Counted from the first letter of the stretch, positions 19,100 through 26,537 are shown. The stretch: 32,000 nt of DNA from an uncultured Clostridia bacterium (GCA_963931155.1 OZ006978.1:815469-847468); one strand, 5' to 3'. Translations and numbers: made by a program. Notes: a model not told the origin generated them from the sequence alone.

Positions 19100-19824
19100 T
19101 AAGGTTGTTATTGTAACAGGGGGCTCTAGAGGAATAGGTGCTGAAATAGTAAGAACATTGGCTAGAAATGGTTATTTAGTTATATTAAATTATAATAAAT
19201 CAAAACAGTGTGCTAAAAATGTGGAAAACGAATTAAAAAAAGATGGATTTTTTATAGATGTTTTTAAAGCAGATGTATCAAAAAGAGATGAAGCAGATAA
19301 TTTAATAAAATTTACGATAAAAAAATATGGCAAAATTGATGTTTTAATAAATAATGCCGGAATATCACAAACAAAAATATTTACAGATATAACAGATGAA
19401 GATTGGAAGCATATGCTAGATGTTAATCTAAATTCAGCATTTTATTGCTCTAGAGAAGCTGTTAAAAATATGATTCATAATAAATCCGGTTTGATAATTA
19501 ACATCTCATCTATATGGGGAGTTACTGGTAGTAGTTGTGAGGTACATTATTCTACAGCCAAAGCTGGATTAATTGGTTTTACAAAAGCATTAGCTAAAGA
19601 ACTTCGGACCTTCAAATATTAGAGTTAATGCTATTGCACCTGGAATAATAGATACTGATATGAATAAAGAATATTCAAAAGGTGATATAGATGGGATAAT
19701 GGAAGAAATACCTTTAGAAAGAATTGGTACTACTGAAAATATAGCTAAATGTGTTTGTTGGATGATTGATGATGATTATACAACAGGAGAAGTCGTGTCT
19801 ATAAACGGTGGATGGGATATTTAA
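19068..19824 (+). pseudogene. FabG-like short-chain dehydrogenase/reductase disrupted by a +1 frameshift near 19605
   Basis: Frame A (19068-19622) carries VIVTGGSRGIG, NNAG and YSTAK, then ends KELRTFKY*. Frame +1 continues to TAA 19822-19824 as NIRVNAIAPGIIDTDM ... GEVVSINGGWDI. Removing one C from CTTCGGACC restores KELGPSNIRVNAIAPG. Confidence 0.8.
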
Positions 19825-19828
19825 ATAT

Positions 19829-19861
19829 AAAAAAAGAACTAGAAATTCTAGTTCTTTTTTT
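19829..19861. terminator. Bidirectional terminator between the SDR gene and the 3' end of the tRNA operon
   Basis: GAACTAG / CTAGTTC stem flanked by an A-run and a T-run (AAAAAAGAACTAGAAATTCTAGTTCTTTTTT). Confidence 0.8.
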
Positions 19862-19864
19862 ATT

Positions 19865-20179
19865 TGGAGCCACTTGTCCGACTTGAACGGACGACCTACT
19901 GATTCATACTACTATAATTTTCATTACCACAAATGTGTTTGTAGTCTGGACTTTCTCTTTACCATAGCTGACGCCTTAGGTACATCGTATAAAGTCTCTA
20001 CACTCAAAGATTTAAAATCTTTTAGCTCGGGATTAGCATATAATAATTACTTAGCCTTCCCCGAATTAGCGATGTCCACTATGTACGTTTCCATATATAG
20101 GTGCAAGATAGTTCAAAATAAAACTCAATGTTTTATCTATCCCACAAGTCAGTTGCTCTACCAACTGAGCTAAAGTGGC
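19865..20179 (-). tRNA. tRNA-Thr (anticodon UGU) interrupted by a group I intron after position 36
   Basis: Minus-strand exon 1 (20179-20144): GCCACTTTAGCTCAGTTGGTAGAGCAACTGACTTGT. Exon 2 (19904-19865): AATCAGTAGGTCGTCCGTTCAAGTCGGACAAGTGGCTCCA. Joined, they form a canonical 76-nt cloverleaf: acceptor GCCACTT/AAGTGGC, anticodon stem ACTGA/TCAGT, loop CTTGTAA, T arm GTCCG-TTCAAGT-CGGAC. Confidence 0.88.
19905..20143 (-). ncRNA. Group I self-splicing intron (IC3-like, 239 nt, no ORF)
   Basis: All classic conserved elements are present on the minus strand: P AATTCGGGGAAGG (20055-20067), Q AATCCCGAGC, R GTGTAGAGACT (19993-20003), S AAAGAGAAAGTCC. P1 is a 10-bp helix in which exon TGT plus intron GGGATAG pairs with CTATCTTGCA, placing a U:G wobble at the 5' splice site. 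P2 is capped by a GAAA tetraloop. The last intron base is G (omega-G). Blocks such as CCTAAGGCGTCAGCTATGGTAAAGAGAAAGTCCA closely resemble the Anabaena tRNA-Leu and Azoarcus tRNA-Ile introns as I recall them. Confidence 0.85.
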
Positions 20180-20183
20180 ATTT

Positions 20184-20258
20184 TGGTGACCCCGACGGGA
20201 ATCGAACCCATGTCTCCGCCGTGAAAGGGCGATGTCTTAACCGCTTGACCACGGGGCC
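20184..20258 (-). tRNA. tRNA-Glu (anticodon UUC)
   Basis: Minus strand: GGCCCCGTGGTCAAGCGGTTAAGACATCGCCCTTTCACGGCGGAGACATGGGTTCGATTCCCGTCGGGGTCACCA. The anticodon loop is CTTTCAC. Confidence 0.92.
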
Positions 20259-20295
20259 AGATTCTTACTAGGACCTTTGTAAGTCCTAGTTTTTT

Positions 20296-20371
20296 TGGTG
20301 AGCCATCGCGGATTCGAACCGCGGACAACTTGATTAAAAGTCAAGTGCTCTACCACCTGAGCTAATGACCC
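20296..20371 (-). tRNA. tRNA-Lys (anticodon UUU)
   Basis: Minus strand: GGGTCATTAGCTCAGGTGGTAGAGCACTTGACTTTTAATCAAGTTGTCCGCGGTTCGAATCCGCGATGGCTCACCA. The anticodon loop is CTTTTAA. Confidence 0.92.
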
Positions 20372-20409
20372 AAGTAAGTACTCACGTATACTTTGTAAAC
20401 GCAAGTATT

Positions 20410-20438
20410 ATTTTAAACTATTTTCATTTATTTGTCAA
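20410..20438 (-). promoter_or_regulatory. Sigma-A promoter of the tRNA Lys-Glu-Thr operon
   Basis: On the minus strand: TTGACA (20438-20433), 17-nt spacer, TAAAAT (20415-20410). An AT-rich UP-like region lies upstream. The promoter sits about 38 nt ahead of tRNA-Lys. Confidence 0.75.
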
Positions 20439-20521
20439 TACAATTTCAAAAATTTTGTGTATTTTTTGTGAATTTTTACAATATTTTTATAAATTTTTTT
20501 ACATTAAATAAAAATTATCTA

Positions 20522-20560
20522 AAAAACATATCTAAATAAAATATATTAGATATGTTTTTT
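20522..20560. terminator. Terminator hairpin downstream of the DUF1858 gene
   Basis: AAAAACATATCTA pairs with TAGATATGTTTTT around a 12-nt loop. Confidence 0.7.
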
Positions 20561-20571
20561 AGATTTATTCC

Positions 20572-20757
20572 CTATTTATTTATTTCTTTTAATAGTTCAT
20601 TTACATCTATTCCATGAACTTCGCAGGCTTCTTCTAATGTTTCAGCTTGTGATGCAGGGCATCCTAAACAATGCATTCCTGCTTCCATTAATATTTCTGC
20701 TTTTTCTGGGGCAATTTCTAATAATTCTCCTATTTTCATGTCTTTATTTATTTCCAT
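20572..20757 (-). CDS. DUF1858-domain small protein (hybrid-cluster-protein-associated redox disulfide family)
   Basis: 61 aa with the family hallmark [27 protein letters not shown] lies upstream. Confidence 0.8.
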   Translation of the reverse strand: MEINKDMKIGELLEIAPEKAEILMEAGMHCLGCPASQAETLEEACEVHGIDVNELLKEINK

Positions 20758-20871
20758 TTTCTTCTTCCTTTCTTTTTATTATATAAAAGTATCATTTTAC
20801 TTTCTAAAAATTCTTTTTTCGACTTTTTTTGTAGCCTATTTTAAATTTTACCATAAATTTTACAAAAAGTA

Positions 20872-20900
20872 TAGACATTTTTCTAAATTTGTTATATTAT
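20872..20900 (+). promoter_or_regulatory. Candidate promoter for the plus arm of the T4SS-like locus
   Basis: TAGACA (20872-20877), 17-nt spacer, TATTAT (20895-20900). Alternatively TATATT at 20893 with a TG-extended -10. Confidence 0.35.
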
Positions 20901-20920
20901 TGGAAAAAATTAGGAAGGCG

Positions 20921-21073
20921 GTGTTTGATTTTAATAAAATTGATTTATTTTTTATCATTCTTATTATTCATCTTTTTACTTCACTTTATTCACTTTATTT
21001 GTTTTTTAATAATGTTTTATTTCATAATAGTCAAGGTGCAAAATTAAAAATTAAATCTAAATTTTTTAATTAA
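20921..21073 (+). CDS. Possible 50-aa single-pass membrane peptide (GTG start); speculative
   Basis: AGGA lies 5 nt before GTG 20921. The translation VFDFNKIDLFFIILIIHLFTSLYSLYLFFNN... has one hydrophobic helix and a basic tail. Support comes only from position ahead of the coupling-protein gene. Confidence 0.2.
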   Translation: MFDFNKIDLFFIILIIHLFTSLYSLYLFFNNVLFHNSQGAKLKIKSKFFN

Positions 21074-21121
21074 TTTAATTCTGTATTAGGAGGTTTTATT
21101 ATCAAACGTTTTTTATTCATT

Positions 21122-22831
21122 ATGTTGTTTTCTTTTGTTTACTGTTTCATAGGTTATTTATTATTTAATACCATTTTAACATCAAACAAGGTTATAATTA
21201 CTTATGGAGTTCATCCTTTTAATATATGTACGCAAAATCCAACTCTATGGCTGTATATAAAATATACTTTTATTATTTCATATGTCTTTTCATCCTTTAT
21301 AATAGGCAATCTTGTTTATCTTTTTCTTAAAGAATTTTTTAATTTCATTCTTTCATTGCTTAAGAAAATTCTTTTTAAATTCCAAAAAAGAAATATTGAA
21401 ATCTCCAAACATTTACAAAACAACAATGAAATATCTCTATTTATTGGCAATAATTCAGAAACCCAAACTCCCGTATATGTTTCTCAAAGTAGTTTATATC
21501 AAAATATTTTAATTACTGGTACAATTGGTACAGGAAAAACTTCTAGTGCAATGTATCCTTTTACTAAACAATTAATGCATTTTAATAGCAATAATAATTT
21601 AAATAAACTTGGTATGCTCATATTAGATGTAAAAGGAAATTATCATTTAAAAGTTTTAGATTTCTCTAAGGAATTTAATAGAGAAGATGATGTTATTGTT
21701 ATTAGAGTAAATGGAAAATACAAATATAACCCACTTCATAAACCTGATCTTAAACCATCTGTCATTGCCAATCGACTTAAAACCATATTATTATTATTTT
21801 CTCCTAACAATTCCGAATCTTTTTGGTTAGATAAAGTAGAACAAGTTTTAACAGAAGCAATTAAGTTGTGTAGACTATATAATGATGAATATGTAACTTT
21901 TGAAGAAATTCATAAATTGATTTCCTATGAAAATTATTACAAAGAAAAAATTGAGATTTTAAAAAGCAAATTCAGATTAAACGTTTTTTCTAAAGAAGAT
22001 TTATATAATTTACTTTCTTCCCTTACCTTTTTTCAAAAAGAATTCTTTTCTTTGGATCATAGAACTTTGTCTATTTTAAAATCTGAAATAACTAGAATTA
22101 CCAACGTTTTTGTATCTGATTATGAAATATATAATACTTTTAACCCTCCTAAGGATAAATTAAATTTTTTAGGTTTTGAACAACTATTAAGTGAAGGAAA
22201 AATTGTTGTATTGGATATTAGTGTTTCAAAATATAAAGCTTTATCTAAAATAATTGCCACTTATCTAAAATTAGATTTTCAGACAGAAGTATTAAATAGG
22301 CTTTCTAACAATTTTAGATATTCTAAAAGAAGTGTTGCTTTTATCTGTGATGAATTTCATGAATATTGCACAATTTCTGATAGTGAATTTTTTGCCCAAA
22401 GTAGAGAAGCAAAATGTATTAATATAATATCCACTCAAAGCTATACTTCTATTTTAAATGCTTTAAATAATAAATCAGCTACAGAAGTTATTATACAAAA
22501 TTTAGTTAATAAAATTTGGCTTAGGACCGATGATTTATTTACAATAGAATCTGCCCAAAAACAAGTTGGCAAAGAAGATAAAGAAAAACTATTTAAAAGC
22601 ATTTCTGAAAATGCTTCAGAAACCAATTATAGTTATATAACTCATTCTCTAAATTCATCTAATTCTAATATTTCCGAAAGTATTTCCACTCAAGTAAGTT
22701 ATGAGTATAAGTATGATACCAATTTTTTCACTCAAGAATTAGAAACCTTCTCTTCTTTAGTTTTTCTTTCTAATGGAGAAAAAATTTTAGAGCCACAAAA
22801 GATTAATTTAAAACCATATTTTAAATTATAA
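21122..22831 (+). CDS. Type IV coupling protein (VirD4/TraG/TraD-like ATPase) with an N-terminal membrane anchor
   Basis: Two N-terminal TM segments. Walker A: ILITGTIGTGKTSS (nt ~21518-21544), then LILDVKGNY. Walker B: AFICDEFHEY (nt ~22349), then IISTQSY. The true start may be the non-canonical ATC 21101 or ATT 21098, directly behind AGGAGG 21088-21093. Confidence 0.7.
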   Translation: MLFSFVYCFIGYLLFNTILTSNKVIITYGVHPFNICTQNPTLWLYIKYTFIISYVFSSFIIGNLVYLFLKEFFNFILSLLKKILFKFQKRNIEISKHLQNNNEISLFIGNNSETQTPVYVSQSSLYQNILITGTIGTGKTSSAMYPFTKQLMHFNSNNNLNKLGMLILDVKGNYHLKVLDFSKEFNREDDVIVIRVNGKYKYNPLHKPDLKPSVIANRLKTILLLFSPNNSESFWLDKVEQVLTEAIKLCRLYNDEYVTFEEIHKLISYENYYKEKIEILKSKFRLNVFSKEDLYNLLSSLTFFQKEFFSLDHRTLSILKSEITRITNVFVSDYEIYNTFNPPKDKLNFLGFEQLLSEGKIVVLDISVSKYKALSKIIATYLKLDFQTEVLNRLSNNFRYSKRSVAFICDEFHEYCTISDSEFFAQSREAKCINIISTQSYTSILNALNNKSATEVIIQNLVNKIWLRTDDLFTIESAQKQVGKEDKEKLFKSISENASETNYSYITHSLNSSNSNISESISTQVSYEYKYDTNFFTQELETFSSLVFLSNGEKILEPQKINLKPYFKL

Positions 22832-22848
22832 TTAATTAAAGGAGGTAC

Positions 22849-23208
22849 ATGTTTATGCTTGTTAAATTTAATAAATTAATTTTCTTTATTCTTTTTACTT
22901 TACTCTTATTATTTATTTTTTATTTTTTTACATATAGTACAGTTTTTGCTGGTCTTTTTGATAATACACCTGAATTAGTAACAACTTTGAATAATGCTTT
23001 TGAAGATATTGAAGGCTGGCTTCTTACTCTTGCTACACCTGCGGCTGCCGTTGCAGTTGGTGTTGGTGTTTTTATGAAAAAGTTTAGTTTTGGTGATGAA
23101 GAAAGAATTCGTATTGCTAAAAAATTAATTAGAGGTTCTCTATTTTCTTATGCTTTTATCTTAGCAATAAACTTAATTTTATCTGCTATTCAATCCTTAA
23201 TAAAATAA
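22849..23208 (+). CDS. Small secreted or membrane protein with VirB2/TrbC/Maff2-like topology (signal peptide plus two hydrophobic helices)
   Basis: GGAGG at 22841-22845. ATG 22855 (9-nt spacing) is a likelier start than 22849. Signal-like N-terminus: LIFFILFTLLLLFIFYFFTYSTVFA. Helices LLTLATPAAAVAVGVGVFM and SLFSYAFILAINLILSAI are separated by a charged loop, KKFSFGDEERIRIAKKLIRG. Confidence 0.4.
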   Translation: MFMLVKFNKLIFFILFTLLLLFIFYFFTYSTVFAGLFDNTPELVTTLNNAFEDIEGWLLTLATPAAAVAVGVGVFMKKFSFGDEERIRIAKKLIRGSLFSYAFILAINLILSAIQSLIK

Positions 23209-23225
23209 TTCTACTGGAGGTTTAA

Positions 23226-24116
23226 TTGGAAGAAACAATATCTAATTCTGCAAATATTTCGCAAATAATAATCGATACAATAAATACTTTATTAAGCACA
23301 CTTTTTTCTTCTATAGATAATAGTGTTTATGATTTGTTAGACAAATTAGCTTTTATAAATATAAATATATTTGATGACTCTTTACTTGAAAAATTATTTG
23401 GGTATAACTCAAGTAATGGTATTTTAATAATTGCAAATTCATTACTTTTTGCTGTTTGTTTATATTATTGTTTTAAACTACTATATGCACATTTAACTGG
23501 AATTTCTATAGATAACCCTTATCAATTTATTTTTAAATTATTAATATTTGGATGTATAATTAATGCTTCTTATTTTATTTGTGAATTTTTTATTTATTTT
23601 ACATCCCTTATTTCCGATGCAATACTTGGAGTTGGAAAATTTGTTTTAAATGAAGATATAACTTTTTCTAATTTAATTCAAAATCTTAACTCTTCTATTT
23701 CAGTCGATACTACAACTCTAAATGTGTTTTCTTTTGATGGTTTGCTTAAAAGCCTGTGTTCTATTAGTTTTATTAATTTAATTCTTTCATATTCTCTTCG
23801 CTATATAATGATTAAAGTATTAATTCTTATTACTCCTTTTGCTATACTTACTCTTATAAATTCTTCTACTGCATGGTTTTTTAAGGCTTGGCTTAAAATA
23901 TTTTTATCATTACTTTTTATTCAACCTTTTATTTCAATTATTTTGTTAATATTCTTTTCTCTTGATTTTAGCAGTTCAAATATCACATCAAAAATATTAT
24001 GTATTGGAGCCATGTATGCTTTAATAAAATCTAATTCTTATGTTCAACATTTTATTGGTGGAATTTCTACTAGTGTTTATACTAATATGAAATCATTAAG
24101 AACTAAATTTAGGTAA
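23226..24116 (+). CDS. Polytopic membrane protein (VirB6/TrbL-like by position and topology)
   Basis: TTG start lies 6 nt after GGAGG (23215-23219). At least 6 hydrophobic segments are present. No catalytic motif was seen. Confidence 0.4.
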   Translation: MEETISNSANISQIIIDTINTLLSTLFSSIDNSVYDLLDKLAFININIFDDSLLEKLFGYNSSNGILIIANSLLFAVCLYYCFKLLYAHLTGISIDNPYQFIFKLLIFGCIINASYFICEFFIYFTSLISDAILGVGKFVLNEDITFSNLIQNLNSSISVDTTTLNVFSFDGLLKSLCSISFINLILSYSLRYIMIKVLILITPFAILTLINSSTAWFFKAWLKIFLSLLFIQPFISIILLIFFSLDFSSSNITSKILCIGAMYALIKSNSYVQHFIGGISTSVYTNMKSLRTKFR

Positions 24117-24145
24117 AGCATAAATTCGCTCGAATGGAGGTTACA

Positions 24146-24430
24146 ATGAATTTTATTTTTCCACAAAATTATAATTTAAATAGTAAATTTCTTGGTTTTA
24201 TTGACTATACAACTATTATTTTAAATGTTATTTGGGGTATTTTTATTTTTGCATTTGTTTATTTCCTTATTCCAAATATTACTTTAAAAGTATGTATTTT
24301 TATAATCTTGTTCTTTCCTTTTACTTTATTTAGTATAATTGGATTTAATCATGAAAAAATTTTATATGTTTTAAAATATTTATATTTTTATATAAAACGT
24401 CCAAAATTATATTTATACAAAAAATATTAA
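24146..24430 (+). CDS. 94-aa two-TM protein (VirB3/TcpE/PrgI-like by size, topology and position)
   Basis: I chose ATG 24146 because GGAGG lies 5 nt upstream. The track start at 24134 is part of that SD. Hydrophobic hairpin: TTIILNVIWGIFIFAFVYFLI and VCIFIILFFPFTLFSIIGF. Confidence 0.4.
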   Translation: MNFIFPQNYNLNSKFLGFIDYTTIILNVIWGIFIFAFVYFLIPNITLKVCIFIILFFPFTLFSIIGFNHEKILYVLKYLYFYIKRPKLYLYKKY

Positions 24431-24463
24431 TGATAAACTTTAAATATTTTGTCGTTTTATAGA

Positions 24464-24492
24464 TTGTAAATTCATCTTTATAATGATATAAT
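24464..24492 (+). promoter_or_regulatory. Promoter of the dnaD/dnaI-like operon
   Basis: TTGTAA (24464-24469), 17-nt spacer, TATAAT (24487-24492). GGGGGG SD at 24511-24516. Confidence 0.6.
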
Positions 24493-24525
24493 CATGTCTA
24501 TACTTTTATAGGGGGGATTTATTAA

Positions 24526-25494
24526 ATGAAACTTGAAAATGCAGATGTATCATCACTTTTCTCAAATACTCTAATACCTGATATATTTTTCTCAGAATAT
24601 TTATCAGAAGCAAACGGTGACTTTATAAAAGTATATTTATATATGATATTTTTATCTAAATATAATAAAGATATCAAAATAAATGATTTATCTAAAAAAC
24701 TAGTACTCCCTGTTAAAACAATACAAGATGCTGTAAAGTATTGGGAAGAGCAAGGTTTAATTACTAAGAAAAATACTGGTTATATTATTAATAATATTCA
24801 AGAAATTGAATTACATAAATTATATAAACCTAAAACGGCCTTGTCTGCAGATCAACTTCAAAAGTCTACAGAAAATCAAAAACGTGCAAAGGCAATTGAT
24901 TTTATTAATAATAAATATTTTTCTGGCTTAATGCCTACTACATGGTATCCAGAAATTGAACTTTGGTTCAAAAAATACAATTTTGATGAAGAAGTTATGA
25001 TTGCGCTTTTTGGTTATTGTTTTGATAAGTCTGCCCTTCATAAAAATTATGTTCAAACCGTTGCGGAAGCATGGTCTCAAAATAATATTAAAACTTTTAA
25101 TGATTTAGATATTTATTATGAAAAACAAGAAAAATTAAAACTTATTGCAAAAACAATTTCAAAAAAATTAGGGCTTTCTAGAAGTCTTACACAATACGAA
25201 TTTGCATATATAGAAAAATGGAATATTGATTTTGGATATGGTTTAGATGTAATTGAAATTGCTTTAAAAAGAACAACCTCAAAAGCAAACCCTAATTTTG
25301 ACTATCTAGATAAATTATTAACAGATTGGCATGATAGAGGTTTTAAGACACCTACTGAAGTTCAAAGTTTCTTATCAGAAATGAAGAATAAAAATAAAAG
25401 TATAAAAAAACTTGAAAAAGATACAGGTTACGATAAATATGATCAAAGATCTTATTCAGATTTAGATAACCTTTATATAAATTTAAAAAAATAA
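24526..25494 (+). CDS. DnaD-domain replication initiation protein (B. subtilis DnaB/DnaD-like, two DnaD-type C-terminal repeats)
   Basis: A winged-helix-like N-terminus (FIKVYLYMIFLS ... IQDAVKYWEEQGLI) is followed by two repeats ending in the DnaD-type pattern: YVQTVAEAWSQNNIKT and NFDYLDKLLTDWHDRGFKTPTEV. Confidence 0.75.
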   Translation: MKLENADVSSLFSNTLIPDIFFSEYLSEANGDFIKVYLYMIFLSKYNKDIKINDLSKKLVLPVKTIQDAVKYWEEQGLITKKNTGYIINNIQEIELHKLYKPKTALSADQLQKSTENQKRAKAIDFINNKYFSGLMPTTWYPEIELWFKKYNFDEEVMIALFGYCFDKSALHKNYVQTVAEAWSQNNIKTFNDLDIYYEKQEKLKLIAKTISKKLGLSRSLTQYEFAYIEKWNIDFGYGLDVIEIALKRTTSKANPNFDYLDKLLTDWHDRGFKTPTEVQSFLSEMKNKNKSIKKLEKDTGYDKYDQRSYSDLDNLYINLKK

Positions 25495-25518
25495 ATTGAA
25501 ATAATTGGAGGCTTTTTT

Positions 25519-26523
25519 GTGAATTCTATTTTAAAAAACATTTTAAATCAATACAATCAAAAGAAGTCTAAAGCCGAATATGAGGCTGAGATTAGAAAAC
25601 AAAAGTTATATAAAAATTATCCCGAACTTCAAGAGATTGATAATAATTTAACAACACTTGCTATTTCTACTGCTAAATCATTAATTAATAATAATGATAA
25701 ACAATTACTTGATAATCTTAATAAAAATATAACTCAATTAAAAGAAAAGAAAAAAAAGATTCTGAAATCTTTAAATCTTTCAGAAGATTACTTTTCACCA
25801 CATTATGAATGTCCAATATGTAAAGATTCTGGATATATTACAAACTCAGATTATACTACTTCTATGTGTAGTTGCTTAAAACAAAGATTATATGATGAAC
25901 AATATAATAAATCAAATATTTCAAATTTAGATATACAGAATTTTAATAATTTTTCAGATTTATTATATTCAGATATTCCAGATAAAAATAAATATCATAC
26001 AGATTTATCACCTAGGGAGAACATAAATTTAATAAAAAATATCTGTATTGATTTTATAAAAAATTTTGATGATAAAACTAAGAATAATCTTTTATTTACT
26101 GGAAATACTGGACTTGGAAAAACTTTTCTTTCTAGTTGCATTGCAAATGAACTAATTAAATCAGGTAAAAACGTACTTTATCAAACAGCACCTGTAATGC
26201 TAGATTCTATTATTGATTATAGATTTGGAAAGACTAAAGATTATAATATTTTAGATAGTATATTAAATGTAGATTTATTAATTATTGACGATTTAGGAAC
26301 TGAATGTATTAACAATATGAAATTTACTGAACTATTTAATATTATTAATACTAGGTTATTAAATCAAAATAAAATAACTAAAACTATCATATCTACTAAT
26401 TTAAGTTTAAAAAATCTATATGCAACTTATGATGAACGTATAGTTTCAAGAATTGTTGGAAATTACGATATATGTTATTTTTTTGGTGATGATATTAGAT
26501 TTAAAAAAAGGAATATTTCTTAA
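25519..26523 (+). CDS. DnaI/DnaC-type helicase loader (N-terminal zinc-binding motif plus IstB-like AAA+ ATPase)
   Basis: GTG start lies 7 nt after GGAGG (25507-25511). Zinc motif: CPICKDSGY ... CSC. Walker A: FTGNTGLGKTFL. Walker B: LLIIDDLG. Sensor region: IISTNL ... DERIVSRI. Confidence 0.8.
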   Translation: MNSILKNILNQYNQKKSKAEYEAEIRKQKLYKNYPELQEIDNNLTTLAISTAKSLINNNDKQLLDNLNKNITQLKEKKKKILKSLNLSEDYFSPHYECPICKDSGYITNSDYTTSMCSCLKQRLYDEQYNKSNISNLDIQNFNNFSDLLYSDIPDKNKYHTDLSPRENINLIKNICIDFIKNFDDKTKNNLLFTGNTGLGKTFLSSCIANELIKSGKNVLYQTAPVMLDSIIDYRFGKTKDYNILDSILNVDLLIIDDLGTECINNMKFTELFNIINTRLLNQNKITKTIISTNLSLKNLYATYDERIVSRIVGNYDICYFFGDDIRFKKRNIS

Positions 26524-26537
26524 AATATTCCTTTTTT
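26504..26537. terminator. Bidirectional terminator between the convergent dnaI-like and gyrA genes
   Basis: AAAAAAGGAATATT pairs with AATATTCCTTTTTT around loop TCTTAA. It overlaps the dnaI-like stop codon. Confidence 0.8.

Noticed and set aside
19808-20173. 121-aa plus-strand ORF in the six-frame track
   Set aside because: It lies antisense across the tRNA-Thr exons and the group I intron. It has no SD, and its sequence is fully explained by the structured RNA on the other strand.
20267-20296. Hairpin ACTAGGAC/GTCCTAGT followed by T6 between tRNA-Glu and tRNA-Lys, which looks like a plus-strand terminator
   Set aside because: The tRNA operon is transcribed from the minus strand, where the T-run becomes a leading A-run, so it would not terminate that transcript. 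It is more likely a spacer or processing structure, or a guard against antisense read-through. It is not strong enough to report as a feature.
19825-20571. The tRNA cluster as an integration site (att) for the T4SS-like region
   Set aside because: The tRNA 3' ends point away from the T4SS genes, no integrase is visible, and I did not spot a duplicated tRNA 3' segment. This was only a by-eye search, so the question stays open as a check under the main finding.
20738-21073. 111-aa plus-strand ORF (full length)
   Set aside because: The first 60 residues are F/Y/K-rich low complexity read from promoter and leader DNA, and they overlap the DUF1858 start. Only the 3' 50 codons (GTG 20921) have even a weak SD, and I kept those as a low-confidence feature.
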